A DNA stretch of 64,000 bases from a virus. The position numbers and the translations under genes were made by a program. The first letter of the stretch is position 1, and each line of letters begins with the position of its first letter. Below are positions 17,734 to 28,800 of the stretch, in pieces. Where the stretch lies: IMG/VR virus record IMGVR_UViG_3300017956_006678, positions 1 to 64,000 of that record. The stretch is one strand, 5' to 3'. The notes under the pieces are model-generated. The model did no database searches and was not told the origin of the DNA. It worked only from the letters and a program-made list of their open reading frames with translations.

Positions 17734-18641
17734 AAGTATTTACACATAATTTTAATCCGAGTTCAAATAGCGGACCTAATAAATTTACTAGAACTTTATT
17801 TAATCAATTAATTAAAGATAATAAAGTTATATTAAGCAGCCAAGAAGAAGCTGACGTTGAATTCTGTTTAATACAGCAACAGCTACATAAGGTTAAACCT
17901 ATGGTTCTTCGTTTAGATGGAATCTGGTTTAATTCTGAACAAGATTATAATAGACAAAATGCACCTATTGTTTTTTCATATCAGAATGCAGACGCTGTAG
18001 TTTTCCAATCAAATTTTAATAAGAAATTAACAGAAAGTTGGTTTGGTGCACACAAAAATTCTTATGTGATCCACAATGCCGCAGATTTAAATTTAATTAA
18101 AGCAGCTAATTTAAATTTCTGGGATAATAAGTTTGGCAAAGATACAGAAGTGTGGTCATGTGCATCTTCTTGGCGACCACATAAAAGATTAAATGAGAAT
18201 ATTAGATACTTTTTAGAATTTGCACCAAAAGATGCAATTTTTGCTATAGCAGGTGCACTTACAATGGACGATGCTAAAAAAATACCAAAGAATGAGAGGA
18301 TATTTCTTATGGGAGACTTAGACTACATGAGTTTACTTTCACTTTATAAGCGATCATCAACATTTGTTCATTTAGCTTATCTTGATCATTGTCCTAATGT
18401 TGTTGTAGATGCGCAGGCATCAGGTTGTAAAATAGTTTGTAGTTCGACAGGAGGCACACAAGAAATTGTGCACGATGGAATTATAGTTCAGGAAGAATCT
18501 TGGGATTTTAAACCAACAAAATTATACGAACCGCCTAGTATGAAATGGAATTTAGTAGAAAAAAATAATAAAAAGACAAAGATTGATTCAATAGAGACGT
18601 GTTCAAAAATCTATTTTAAAATAATGAAGGGGTTGATTTGA
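17730..18641 (+). CDS. GT4-like (GT-B) glycosyltransferase
   Basis: SGPNKF, VIHNA, WRPHKRL, DHCPNVVVDAQASG, GGTQE. Confidence 0.85.
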   Translation: MKVFTHNFNPSSNSGPNKFTRTLFNQLIKDNKVILSSQEEADVEFCLIQQQLHKVKPMVLRLDGIWFNSEQDYNRQNAPIVFSYQNADAVVFQSNFNKKLTESWFGAHKNSYVIHNAADLNLIKAANLNFWDNKFGKDTEVWSCASSWRPHKRLNENIRYFLEFAPKDAIFAIAGALTMDDAKKIPKNERIFLMGDLDYMSLLSLYKRSSTFVHLAYLDHCPNVVVDAQASGCKIVCSSTGGTQEIVHDGIIVQEESWDFKPTKLYEPPSMKWNLVEKNNKKTKIDSIETCSKIYFKIMKGLI

Positions 18642-19570
18642 AAATATTTTGTCATGTACCTAGAGAAAATTGGATTGTAGACAGAATGGGTAATGAATTT
18701 TTACAACATTCTTCGCATGATGTTTCTTTAGATAGAATAGAAGAAGATACGGAATTAATATGGTTATTTGCTTCGTGGTGTTGGAATCAAATACCAATTG
18801 AAATACTTGCTAGAAAAAAAGTTGTGTGTACAGTTCATCATGAAGTACCTGAAAAATTTGATCTAAAAAGAAAACAAAACTTTTTAATAAGAGACAAATT
18901 AGTCAATTATTATCACACCTATACGAAAGAAACTAAAGATTTGATAGAATCTTTATCATCAAAACCGGTTAAAATTATTCCTCATTGGGTAAATAATAAA
19001 ATATGGATTAAAGAAGATAAGCATAAATGTAGAGAAATATTAAACTTACCTAAAGATAAATTTCTAATAGGCAGCTTTCAAAGAGATACAGAAGGATCTG
19101 ATCTTAAGACTCCTAAATTAGAAAAAGGACCAGACATATTTGTTGAAAAAATTAAAGATATATGTCGTTTTAGAAAAGATGTACATGTTGTTCTGAGTGG
19201 CTGGAGAAGACAATACGTGATAAATAGATTAAATAATGAAGGTATTAAATTTACATATATTGAATTACCTGATCAGCAAACAATTAATAAATTGTATAAT
19301 TCACTTGATTTGTATATTGTAAGTTCTAGATGCGAAGGAGGACCTCAGTCAGTATTCGAATGTGCACAATTAAAAATACCTGTAATATCAACAAAAGTAG
19401 GACAGTCATTTTTTCTTCATGAAAATTGTATTTATAATCATGATCAAAAAATAAATAATGAAATAATAAATTTATCTTCTGCATCAACTATGTATAATTT
19501 CAATAATATTAAAGATCTTTCTATTGATAATTGTATTGATCTTTACGATAATTTTTTGAGAGAGGTTTGA
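18638..19570 (+). CDS. GT4-like (GT-B) glycosyltransferase
   Basis: EKGPDIF, SRCEGGPQSVFEC (Ex7E), PVISTKVG. Confidence 0.88.
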   Translation: MKIFCHVPRENWIVDRMGNEFLQHSSHDVSLDRIEEDTELIWLFASWCWNQIPIEILARKKVVCTVHHEVPEKFDLKRKQNFLIRDKLVNYYHTYTKETKDLIESLSSKPVKIIPHWVNNKIWIKEDKHKCREILNLPKDKFLIGSFQRDTEGSDLKTPKLEKGPDIFVEKIKDICRFRKDVHVVLSGWRRQYVINRLNNEGIKFTYIELPDQQTINKLYNSLDLYIVSSRCEGGPQSVFECAQLKIPVISTKVGQSFFLHENCIYNHDQKINNEIINLSSASTMYNFNNIKDLSIDNCIDLYDNFLREV

Positions 19571-19572
19571 AC

Positions 19573-20280
19573 ATGAAAAAAATAATGATTAAAGAAAAGT
19601 TAAAAAACATGGACGTTGAATTAGAAGACGTTGTCATGGGTGACTTTGATATTATTGGTGAATATACAGCAAAAAAGAGTAGAACAAGAGACAAAGATCA
19701 GTATAGAAAAGCAGGTTGTTTTTTTAGACCTAACTATGAAAGAGGTATACTAATGTATTATCTTGTTAGAAAAAAAGAAATTGAGTCTGTATTAGAAATA
19801 GGTTTTGGAAGAGGATACTCTGTTTTTTGCATGGCAAAGGCAATGTGTGATCATGGTATCGATGGCAAAATAACAACAGTTGATCCTAATTTAGATGAAA
19901 ACTTTTTAAATAATTTAGCAAAAATATTTCCAAAAGAATGGTTTGATAAAATAGAATTTGTCAAAAGTACTTCAGACACATATTTTTCTGAAAATAAAGA
20001 AAAAGAATTTGATTTTATTTATATAGACGGCGATCATAGATACGAAGCTGTTAAAAAAGATTGGGAAAACTCTAAAGACAAGTTTAAAAAAGCACTTTTG
20101 TTTGATGACTATCACATGCCTTCAAAAAGACAAAAAGATATTGAATGTTCAAAAGTAATTGACGATATTACAGAATTTGAAAAAGAACTAATAATAATGG
20201 ATAGAAGAATATTTTTTGATGATAGAAGAATAGCTGATGAAGATATTGATTATGGACAAGTCCTCATAGAAAAGGAATGA
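19573..20280 (+). CDS. Class I SAM-dependent methyltransferase (Methyltransf_24-like)
   Basis: VLEIGFGRGYS, FDFIYIDGDHRYE, FDDY. Confidence 0.88.
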   Translation: MKKIMIKEKLKNMDVELEDVVMGDFDIIGEYTAKKSRTRDKDQYRKAGCFFRPNYERGILMYYLVRKKEIESVLEIGFGRGYSVFCMAKAMCDHGIDGKITTVDPNLDENFLNNLAKIFPKEWFDKIEFVKSTSDTYFSENKEKEFDFIYIDGDHRYEAVKKDWENSKDKFKKALLFDDYHMPSKRQKDIECSKVIDDITEFEKELIIMDRRIFFDDRRIADEDIDYGQVLIEKE

Positions 20281-20286
20281 CATGTC

Positions 20287-20982
20287 ATGTATACAAATTT
20301 TTATAAAAAAGGCATAGTTGATATTGATTTTCATAATGAAAAAATAGATTTAATATTAAAAGATATATTAGATCTCAAAATAAAAAATAATTATTTTCTT
20401 AAAACTAAATATCAAAAAACTTATGATTTGAGACCTGATGTATATACTTATGATCCTTGTTTTTTGAACGTTCTTAAAGAAAATAACATTAAAGAATTAA
20501 TAAGGAAGTATACTTTAAGAAATCTAACACTATCACATGTGCAAGTAAGAGTTGTAGAAGATGAAAATAGCTACATGAACTGGCATAGGGATACATACTA
20601 TAACCAACGGGGAGACCTGGTAGGACAAGCACCTTCAGGTATAAAAATAATATATTATCCCAAGTTCAATGAGAATGAAAAAGAATTTGGAAGACTTGCT
20701 TATTTAGAAGGATCAAATAGAATACTTTTTCCAACAAATGCATACGATAATCAACTTTTTGGAATACTCAAACAAAATATAGTTAAAGCTAGATCTGGCA
20801 AAGCTATATTATTTGACACTGCAGGACTTCATGCAGTTATTCCAGAAAATAAAGGTGAAAAGTCTATAAGGTTAATTTATAGCTTTCTTGAGAAAGAGCA
20901 AGTAAATGCAATATCTACAGATAAAAAAAATATACATCAAAAAACTTCCTTAGAATATGAAAAATGGATGCAAAATGTTTAA
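20287..20982 (+). CDS. PhyH-like 2OG-Fe(II) dioxygenase
   Basis: WHRD (HxD), EGSN, G..ILFDTAGLH and distal Arg (SIRL). Confidence 0.7.
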   Translation: MYTNFYKKGIVDIDFHNEKIDLILKDILDLKIKNNYFLKTKYQKTYDLRPDVYTYDPCFLNVLKENNIKELIRKYTLRNLTLSHVQVRVVEDENSYMNWHRDTYYNQRGDLVGQAPSGIKIIYYPKFNENEKEFGRLAYLEGSNRILFPTNAYDNQLFGILKQNIVKARSGKAILFDTAGLHAVIPENKGEKSIRLIYSFLEKEQVNAISTDKKNIHQKTSLEYEKWMQNV

Positions 20983-21913
20983 AGCTTATTATTGCAAAGA
21001 AAGATTTAAATTTATTCATAATGATTTATTAGGAACTAATTTAATAAAAGAATATTCAAACAAATTTTTAATACCCAAAACAGGATGTTTTTATTCTGAT
21101 CATTTAAATTTTTACATTGATACTTCTGATGGTGTCAATGATGATTTAGAGATATATGAGTATTGTGGTAGAATTAAAAGAGTAGTCCAAGACTGTAAAG
21201 GGAAACCATTTCTTTTTTTTAAGTCTGCTTATTCTAAAAAATGGTCAAAAAATATAGAAAAAATAGCAGAAGAAAATAATGGAAAAATCATACCTTTTTT
21301 TAAATGGTCTTTTAATAATAAATTCTATAGTGACTTGTACCAAAAGCGTGAATTGTTTTTAGAAAAATATGAGAACGTTAAAAAAGAATATGACATCGGA
21401 ATATTTTTTGATTCTAAAAAATACAGATACCCCTTACCTAGTGAAACAGATGAATTTATATCTTGGAGTGATCATGAAAAATTTGGATTAGCAGGTAAAA
21501 GTAGAAATATGGGATATCAGAATATTAATTCTAGAAAAAATATTATTGATAAACTTAATAACTCAAAATTTAATGTATTACACAGTTGGTCATCTTATAA
21601 AGATTACATCGATCAAAGTTTTAAATGTAAGATAATAATTAATCCACCCGGCATTGGAGAATACACTTCTAGAATGGTTGATCAAACATACCTGGGTAAT
21701 TGCATAGTTTTAAGAAAGAATTCATACGATAATGGTTTAAGCTGGAAAAAACATATTCCTGAAGTTGACTTCATCAGCTCAGATTGGGAGAATACAATAG
21801 AAAATATTATTTCAAAATATAAGCATCATGGTAAAAATTGTAGAGAATATTATGAAAATTTCTGGACACCAAATGCAATCGTTAACTACTTAATAGGAAA
21901 AATAAATGATTGA
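20975..21913 (+). CDS. Putative glycosyltransferase (GT-B C-terminal-like)
   Basis: YIDQSFKCKIIINPPGIGEYTSR resembles the exostosin/Glyco_trans_1_2-type nucleotide-sugar binding region; island context. Confidence 0.55.
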   Translation: MFKAYYCKERFKFIHNDLLGTNLIKEYSNKFLIPKTGCFYSDHLNFYIDTSDGVNDDLEIYEYCGRIKRVVQDCKGKPFLFFKSAYSKKWSKNIEKIAEENNGKIIPFFKWSFNNKFYSDLYQKRELFLEKYENVKKEYDIGIFFDSKKYRYPLPSETDEFISWSDHEKFGLAGKSRNMGYQNINSRKNIIDKLNNSKFNVLHSWSSYKDYIDQSFKCKIIINPPGIGEYTSRMVDQTYLGNCIVLRKNSYDNGLSWKKHIPEVDFISSDWENTIENIISKYKHHGKNCREYYENFWTPNAIVNYLIGKIND

Positions 21914-22541
21914 ATTATTTGATTTTAAAAAACTCGAATCGATTAGAAATAAAAAAATTATTTTTTTAGATTTAGGTGCAAATGTTGGAAAGGTAACAGA
22001 AAAATTATTAGAAATTGATAATATCACAAAAATATACTGTTTTGAACCTGTTATAGAAAATTTTAAAATTTTAGAAAGAAAATTTGGAAAAAATGATAAA
22101 ATAAAATTAGAAAATAAAATAGTTTGGAATCAAAAAGGAAAAGTTAATTTTTCTGTAGGATCTAAAAATTGTCATACAAACTCTAAAATAACTAAAATTA
22201 TTAATGAAAGAAATTATGACAAAAGAAAATATATTAAACAATATGAAATTGATTGTATCGACATATACGATTTTATAGAAAGTTTAAACATAAACAATGA
22301 AGAACAATATTTAGTAATTAAAATGGATATTGAAGGTGCAGAATATGAAGTATTACCTCGTATGATTGAGAAAAATTCTATCCAAAAAGTTGACATTCTT
22401 CTTGTTGAATTTCATAAAGAACCGATACCTGGCAAATCTAAAAAAAGTATAATAGAAAATATTTTTAAAAATAAAGAAAAAATTTTACTATATGAAGAGC
22501 AAACCCCGGGTACATTTAAAAAATGTGATTATAAAAGATGA
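21906..22541 (+). CDS. FkbM family methyltransferase
   Basis: DLGANVG, CFEP, KMDIEGAEYEV, VEFH. Confidence 0.92.
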   Translation: MIELFDFKKLESIRNKKIIFLDLGANVGKVTEKLLEIDNITKIYCFEPVIENFKILERKFGKNDKIKLENKIVWNQKGKVNFSVGSKNCHTNSKITKIINERNYDKRKYIKQYEIDCIDIYDFIESLNINNEEQYLVIKMDIEGAEYEVLPRMIEKNSIQKVDILLVEFHKEPIPGKSKKSIIENIFKNKEKILLYEEQTPGTFKKCDYKR

Positions 22542-23593
22542 ATTTCCTAAAATCCAATAAAGTCCTTAATCATCCAAAAAAATACGCACAATGGTTTGAT
22601 ATTGGCGATACTCTTGGTCCTATAACTGTAAAAATAGATTTAACCAATGTTTGTAATCATGATTGTCCGGGATGTATAGATTATGAATTAATTCACAATG
22701 ATAACAATAGTTTAAATTTTGATTTGTTTGAAGATTTACTAAACTCTCTAAAAAAGTGTGGTGTCAGAGGAATAAACTATACCGGGGGAGGAGAACCCAC
22801 AACACACAAGCAATTTGATAAAATTATAGAATTGACAAATAAAAAAGGTTTTAAAATTGGGTTGATATGCAACGGATCAATGTTTCACAAGTGGAATATG
22901 AGAATATTATTACCTATGTTCACATGGATACGTGTTTCTTTAGATGCTTATAGTGTAGCAACACACAAAAAGACACACGGAAAAACAGCTGATTTTAATA
23001 GAACAGTAAAAAATTTAAAATTACTCTCTACTTTAAAAAGAATGTACAGGTATAACACCACAATAGGCGCAGGTTATATAACAAATCAATACCCGGAGAT
23101 GGATAGAGAACTCTACAAATTTATTGAAATTTGTAAGAACTCAAAAATAGATTATGCCCAACTTAGACCAAGTTTTGGTTTTTTATATGATTATAAATCA
23201 GTCAATCCGGAAGAACTAAGTGAGATATTTAAAAAAGCTAGGTCATATGAAGATGAAAAATTCAGTGTAATTATAGATGAAGGGAAATATAGTAAGATTT
23301 TAGAAGGGAAAGGAACATGCAGAAGCTATAATATATGTCATGCACAATCTTTTAAAGCAACTACTATCACTGCAACAGGTGATGTTTACATATGCTGTTC
23401 TTTAACAGGAAACAAAGAAGGTTGGATAGGTAATATCAAAAAAGAAAACTTTTATAATATCTGGCATGGCGATAAAAGAAAAGAAACATTAGAAAATCTA
23501 AATGTTCATAAGTGTCCACACCTTTGTGTAGGTGATAGTTTGAATGAATTTTTAGATAAAATTAAAAATGCACATCACCCGGAGTTTTTGTAG
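22538..23593 (+). CDS. Radical SAM protein with C-terminal SPASM/twitch domain
   Basis: CNHDCPGC (CxxxCxxC), GGGEP, RVSLD, GDVYICC, IGNI and CPHLC. Confidence 0.92.
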   Translation: MNFLKSNKVLNHPKKYAQWFDIGDTLGPITVKIDLTNVCNHDCPGCIDYELIHNDNNSLNFDLFEDLLNSLKKCGVRGINYTGGGEPTTHKQFDKIIELTNKKGFKIGLICNGSMFHKWNMRILLPMFTWIRVSLDAYSVATHKKTHGKTADFNRTVKNLKLLSTLKRMYRYNTTIGAGYITNQYPEMDRELYKFIEICKNSKIDYAQLRPSFGFLYDYKSVNPEELSEIFKKARSYEDEKFSVIIDEGKYSKILEGKGTCRSYNICHAQSFKATTITATGDVYICCSLTGNKEGWIGNIKKENFYNIWHGDKRKETLENLNVHKCPHLCVGDSLNEFLDKIKNAHHPEFL

Positions 23594-24480
23594 TGAAAGT
23601 TTTAATCAATAGAAAACCTGTTGAAGGTCCTTGGGGAGGTGGTAATCTATTCGTAAAGTCTATGTGCGAAATAATGCCTAGTTTAGGGCATAAAATTGTT
23701 CATGAAATCCAAGATAACATAGATGTATTTTTTATAATAAATCCAAGATACGATAAGACAAATATATCAATTAACGAAGCTATACAATACAAAAATAATT
23801 TCCCTAATACAAAGATAATTCAAAGAATTAATGACTGTGATGCAAGAAAAGGAACAAATCAAGTCGATAACATGCTAATTGAGTGTAGCAAGTACTTAGA
23901 TTCAACAATATTTGTTTCAGAGTGGATGAAACAATACTATGTAGAAAAAGGTTGGCGATGTGAGAATAATTTTGTAGTAATTAACGGTGTCGAAACAGGA
24001 GATGAAAAATCAAAAAAGATTAAAAACGGAAAAATAAACATTGTAACACATCATTGGTCTGATAATTACTTGAAAGGATTTGACATATATGATCAATTAG
24101 ATAATTTTGTGAGAGATAATGAAGAATATAGTTTTACTTATATAGGAAGAGAAAGAGGTACTTTTAAGAACACACATATAATAAAACCTCTGCATGGAAA
24201 AAAATTATACGATCAATTAAAAAAATATGACGTCTATGTAAGCGCTTCAAGGTTTGATCCCGGTCCTAATCACATACTAGAGAGTTTGTCTTGTGGATTA
24301 CCTACGTATGTTCACGCTGACGGTGGTGGCTGTGTAGAATTTGCAGGAAAAGATAATAGCTTTAAAAATTTTGACGATTTATTACAAAGAATATTATCTA
24401 AAGAATTTGTAAAAAATAAAATTAGTCTATATAATTGGCATAGATGTATGATAAAATTAAATGAAATTATAAAAAGGTAG
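23593..24480 (+). CDS. GT4-like glycosyltransferase
   Basis: GPWGGGNLF, VINGV, KGFDIY, FDPGPNHILESLSCGLP. Confidence 0.85.
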   Translation: MKVLINRKPVEGPWGGGNLFVKSMCEIMPSLGHKIVHEIQDNIDVFFIINPRYDKTNISINEAIQYKNNFPNTKIIQRINDCDARKGTNQVDNMLIECSKYLDSTIFVSEWMKQYYVEKGWRCENNFVVINGVETGDEKSKKIKNGKINIVTHHWSDNYLKGFDIYDQLDNFVRDNEEYSFTYIGRERGTFKNTHIIKPLHGKKLYDQLKKYDVYVSASRFDPGPNHILESLSCGLPTYVHADGGGCVEFAGKDNSFKNFDDLLQRILSKEFVKNKISLYNWHRCMIKLNEIIKR

Positions 24481-24484
24481 CGAC

Positions 24485-25054
24485 ATGGCACATAAAGAAC
24501 AATGGATATTTTGTGAAAAAGTAAAAAAATTATATCCTGAAAAATTTAAAGATGTAGAAGTATTAGACATAGGTTCTTTTGACGTTAATGGTAACGCCAA
24601 ATTCTTGTTTGAAAACTCGAACTATGTAGGTTTAGATATAGGTCCAGGAGAAGGTGTTGATATTATATGCCCTGCACAAGATTATAATGCTCCTGATTGT
24701 TACTATGACACAATAATTTCTAATGAATGTTGGGAACATAACCCTTATTATGCAGAGTCAATAATAAATGCTGTTAGAATGCTTAAAAAAGGTGGTTTGT
24801 TTTTATTTACATGCGCAACAACAGGGAGACCGGTTCATGGTATTAAAGATTTAGAAAAATATTGTTCACAACAACATGAAAATTGGAAAACAATGCCTAA
24901 TGTTTCTAGAGAAGATTGGGATAATAACTATTATAAAAACTTAGAAGAGAAAGATATAAGAGCAGTGCTAGATATTGAAAAAATATTTAGTAATTTTTCT
25001 TTTGAAGTAGAATTAAATCATTGTGATCTATATTTTTGGGGAATTAAGAAATGA
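24485..25054 (+). CDS. Class I SAM-dependent methyltransferase
   Basis: VLDIGSFDVNG, GLDIGPGEGVD, ECWEH, LKKGG. Confidence 0.85.
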   Translation: MAHKEQWIFCEKVKKLYPEKFKDVEVLDIGSFDVNGNAKFLFENSNYVGLDIGPGEGVDIICPAQDYNAPDCYYDTIISNECWEHNPYYAESIINAVRMLKKGGLFLFTCATTGRPVHGIKDLEKYCSQQHENWKTMPNVSREDWDNNYYKNLEEKDIRAVLDIEKIFSNFSFEVELNHCDLYFWGIKK

Positions 25055-25872
25055 AAGACCATATTGCATTTTCTTATTTATGTTATATTAATAAAAGTAA
25101 TATTGATAGAAGAATTGATAATTTTACTAAAAGCTTAGAAAGTATGTCTCTCTTAAAAAAACAAGAAAAGTGTACTGTATATGCAATAGACAATAATTGT
25201 CTAGAAAGTATTTCTAGAAAAATTAAAAATCAAGAAGGGATTGATTTTCACGTAAAGATGAACAAAAACTTTTTTGATATAGCATCTGTATATTCATGTT
25301 CAAAAATTGCTAAAATTAAAAATTTTAAATATTGCGGTTACTTATTTGATGATTTTGTAATCTATAATAAACAATTTGTAAGAGATTGTATTGATTTTTT
25401 AAATACGCATGAGGATGTAGGTTGTATAAGAATTCCAAAATATAGTTTTGATAATATGGAAAATTATGATTCTCAAAAAACACCAAAATCAATTAACCCT
25501 GAGTCAGTAAGACATTATAGTAATAATCATATTGATAGAAAAGAATTGGTTTGGGAAGGACCTTATGATTTAAAAAATAGTAGATTCTATAAAAATAACT
25601 GGCATTATAGTTCGAGACCTGCAATCTGGAGAACAGACTTGTTATATTCTTTTTTCGATAAAAAAATACCTGTTATGCAAAAATTTGAATATGTTGCAGC
25701 AAAAAAGTTTTATAATTCAGGATTTAAAACAGGCGTTTTAGATGGAGGAGCTATGTATACATTTTTAGAAAGTGAAAGACTAGCTGGCGGCGCTGCTAGC
25801 AATGCTAGATTTGATAATATACTTGTTGATAAATTAGATATAGACAGTATTTTAGAAAAGGAAGTTGTATAA
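25051..25872 (+). CDS. Putative GT-A fold glycosyltransferase
   Basis: AIDN, YLFDDF (DD), VGCIR, YSSRPAIWR pattern; island context. Confidence 0.55.
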   Translation: MKDHIAFSYLCYINKSNIDRRIDNFTKSLESMSLLKKQEKCTVYAIDNNCLESISRKIKNQEGIDFHVKMNKNFFDIASVYSCSKIAKIKNFKYCGYLFDDFVIYNKQFVRDCIDFLNTHEDVGCIRIPKYSFDNMENYDSQKTPKSINPESVRHYSNNHIDRKELVWEGPYDLKNSRFYKNNWHYSSRPAIWRTDLLYSFFDKKIPVMQKFEYVAAKKFYNSGFKTGVLDGGAMYTFLESERLAGGAASNARFDNILVDKLDIDSILEKEVV

Positions 25873-25873
25873 A

Positions 25874-26650
25874 ATGAAAGAAGAATATTTAAATAAAACA
25901 TTGGTTGTTACTTTTGCTCAAAATGAGAGAACATTAAATCTATGTAATTACTGCTATGAAAAGCTAGGATTTAAAAATATTGTAACTTTAAATTCTCCTG
26001 GAGGTTTTCATGACAAATATATTGAATTTTCTGATATTGTCAATAATACAAAATACGATTATTATTTAAGAAACGATGCAGATAGATTAGTATTCGATGG
26101 TATAAATGAATTATTTGATTTAATGGAAAAAGATAAAGAATTACAATGGGTAACCGGTGAATATTTTGACTATATAATGAATAGATTTAGAGGTGGTACT
26201 CCTACTTTACACAGGAGAGAACCACTTGTATATTTAAACAAAAACAAACATCTAATGAAAGATGTACAAAAACCAGAAGCAACCTTCGCAACAACAATAA
26301 AGAATAAATTTAAAATGAAAACAGTCAAAGTGTTCACTAATTTGCATGAGTATGATCAATACCCAAGTAAGGTTTGTAACGCTTTTTTAAATAGATTAGG
26401 TAGAAATCACTACCCTAGGCTTTACGATAAAAAATATTTAGATAATTTACCTAAAGATTATAAAAAAGCAATTGATTTAGCTTTTGAGTCATTTAACAAA
26501 CAAGGTGGTAGTAAAAACTCTATGGTGTTTGAAAATTTTGACTATCTAGATAAAAATTTTAAACCAATAATTGATCTAGATTCAAAATATAATTATTATA
26601 AAGACCTATATAACGAACTAATGAAAAACTATAGTAGGCGCAAAGATTAA
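25874..26650 (+). CDS. Hypothetical, possible GT-A glycosyltransferase
   Basis: YDYYLRNDAD (DxD after a hydrophobic strand); island context. Confidence 0.45.
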   Translation: MKEEYLNKTLVVTFAQNERTLNLCNYCYEKLGFKNIVTLNSPGGFHDKYIEFSDIVNNTKYDYYLRNDADRLVFDGINELFDLMEKDKELQWVTGEYFDYIMNRFRGGTPTLHRREPLVYLNKNKHLMKDVQKPEATFATTIKNKFKMKTVKVFTNLHEYDQYPSKVCNAFLNRLGRNHYPRLYDKKYLDNLPKDYKKAIDLAFESFNKQGGSKNSMVFENFDYLDKNFKPIIDLDSKYNYYKDLYNELMKNYSRRKD

Positions 26651-26655
26651 TTAAA

Positions 26656-27696
26656 ATGAGAGCTTTTTATATTTTTGGAATTACAGACTTTCAAGATATG
26701 ACAACTTCCATAGTCGAATCTTTAAATTACTGTAATGTTTGGGTCGTGATATTTAATTGTTTGGAAAAGAAAAACCAGTTTTATTATTATAAAAAAGAAG
26801 AAATAATCAAATACATCAATTCAATTTGCAAAAATAATAATAATAAAAATAACTTAGAAGTTTCTTACTACTCTAAGTCATGCCAGACAATTTACGAAAA
26901 AGATTTTAAAGATAGAAAACCTAGTATAATATTTATGCAGGGTATTTTTCACAAGTATCCTTTTTGGATTCCAAAAATTTTAGACACGCCTGTTGTTCAT
27001 TATGCTTGGGGTGCAGATGGTTTAAACAATTTAAATAAAAGCAAATATAAGAATAATATCTGCTTAAATGTTTTGAGACACAAAGAAGACTTAAAATTAT
27101 TTAAAGAAAAAACAAAAATACCGGCAATGTATTTTGGTAATTTTGGACTAGATAGTTTGAATTTTATGTACACTGGGTATGAAAAAATTAACAGTTTGAA
27201 TGGTAAAAAGATATTGTTTATGCCTGAAACATGGTTAAAAAAAGAAAATATCAAGTGGGATAAAAGATCTGTACAGAAATGCATTGACCCTATTGTAAAA
27301 ATCGCAAAAGAATTGGGATATTATATAATTCTTAAAAGAAGAGAGAAAGGATATCCTACGGATAAAAATGCGGGATATTCAAATTTACTAAAATATAAGG
27401 ATGAGATAGACATGATAATAAATAAAGATTTGTTTTTTCCTTCGTCATTATATGGAGTCCCGATCTTAGCAAAAAAAACGATATTAGCTGGTCATATGAC
27501 GCAAGGAACGCAAGAATTAATAAACTGTTACAAAAAAATAGGATCTATTGATTTTATGTATGTAAATGAAGACAATTACAATAAGAAAAAAATTGAAAAT
27601 TTTATGAAATTAGAAAGTATAGAAAAAGGTCAAATTAAAATTAAAGATAAAATCACAAAAAAACTCATGAGGTACTTAGATGATAATTTATGTTGA
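26656..27696 (+). CDS. Hypothetical, possible GT-B fold sugar transferase
   Basis: 346 aa; YFGN..LD and KKILF segments suggest a two-Rossmann layout; sits directly upstream of the neu genes. Confidence 0.35.
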   Translation: MRAFYIFGITDFQDMTTSIVESLNYCNVWVVIFNCLEKKNQFYYYKKEEIIKYINSICKNNNNKNNLEVSYYSKSCQTIYEKDFKDRKPSIIFMQGIFHKYPFWIPKILDTPVVHYAWGADGLNNLNKSKYKNNICLNVLRHKEDLKLFKEKTKIPAMYFGNFGLDSLNFMYTGYEKINSLNGKKILFMPETWLKKENIKWDKRSVQKCIDPIVKIAKELGYYIILKRREKGYPTDKNAGYSNLLKYKDEIDMIINKDLFFPSSLYGVPILAKKTILAGHMTQGTQELINCYKKIGSIDFMYVNEDNYNKKKIENFMKLESIEKGQIKIKDKITKKLMRYLDDNLC

Positions 27697-27976
27697 TATA
27701 GATGAAACTATATGCAATTATGAAAATGTTGAGAGAAAGTATAAAAATGCTAAACCGGTTTATGAAAATATTAAAAAAATTAACAATCTGTATAATGCTG
27801 GCAATAATATAATATACTGGACAGCAAGAGGCACAGTAACAAAAATAGATTACTATGAATTAACAAAATCACAACTAAAAAATTGGGGATGCAAGTATCA
27901 TGATCTAATTGTGGGAGAAAAACCACACTATGATCTTCTAATATGTGATAAATCTAAGAGAATTGAGGAAATATGA
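27680..27976 (+). CDS. Small capless HAD-superfamily phosphatase
   Basis: YVDIDETI (DxDxT), WTARG, EKP, ICDK. Confidence 0.8.
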   Translation: MIIYVDIDETICNYENVERKYKNAKPVYENIKKINNLYNAGNNIIYWTARGTVTKIDYYELTKSQLKNWGCKYHDLIVGEKPHYDLLICDKSKRIEEI

Positions 27977-28800
27977 AAAAAACTTATATAATAGCTGAAA
28001 TAGGAATAAATCATAACGGAGAATTAAAGAATGCATTAAGACTAATAGACTTAGCTAAAGTGGCTGGTTGTGATGCAGTTAAATTCCAAAAAAGAAACCC
28101 AGATGTTTGTGTTCCAGATCATCAAAAAATGAAAATTAGGAAAACTCCTTGGGGTGAAATGACTTATATTGATTATAAGCACAGAGTTGAATTTGGGAAA
28201 AAAGAATATGACATAATAGACAAATATTGCAAAGAGAAAGATATAGCATGGTCAGCTTCTCCATGGGATATTGATAGCTTAAATTTTTTAATGAATTATG
28301 ATATACCTTGGATAAAAGTCCCTTCAGCAATGATAACAAATGAAAAACTAATGAGAGAATGTGCAAAATCGGGAAAGAGAATAATATTCTCAACAGGAAT
28401 GTCTACATATGAAGAAATTGATAATGCAGTTAAATTTTTAGAAGGATCTGAGATTGTAATGCTACATTGTAACTCTTCATACCCAGCTGCTTTAGAAGAT
28501 TTAAATTTACTCTGTATAAAAACTCTTAAAGATAGATATAATTGTGAGGTAGGATATAGTGGCCATGAGTTTAGATTAGGAACCACAGTTTCTGCAATAT
28601 ATTTAGGAGCCACATATATTGAAAGGCATATAACTTTAGATAGAACTATGTGGGGATCTGATCACATGGCTTCAGTCGAACCACAAGGTTTAATTAAAAT
28701 GGTTCGCGGTATAAGAGAATTAGAAATAGCTCTTGGTGATGGAATAAAGCGAGTAACAGAAAGTGAATTACCTATAAGGAAAAAATTAAGAGGTACCTAG
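27973..28800 (+). CDS. neuB: NeuB-family nonulosonic acid (or its 9-phosphate) synthase, no C-terminal SAF domain
   Basis: IIAEIGINHNG, DAVKFQKR, STGMS, LHCNSSYP, GYSGHE, IERHITLDR, GSDH. Confidence 0.93.
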   Translation: MKKTYIIAEIGINHNGELKNALRLIDLAKVAGCDAVKFQKRNPDVCVPDHQKMKIRKTPWGEMTYIDYKHRVEFGKKEYDIIDKYCKEKDIAWSASPWDIDSLNFLMNYDIPWIKVPSAMITNEKLMRECAKSGKRIIFSTGMSTYEEIDNAVKFLEGSEIVMLHCNSSYPAALEDLNLLCIKTLKDRYNCEVGYSGHEFRLGTTVSAIYLGATYIERHITLDRTMWGSDHMASVEPQGLIKMVRGIRELEIALGDGIKRVTESELPIRKKLRGT

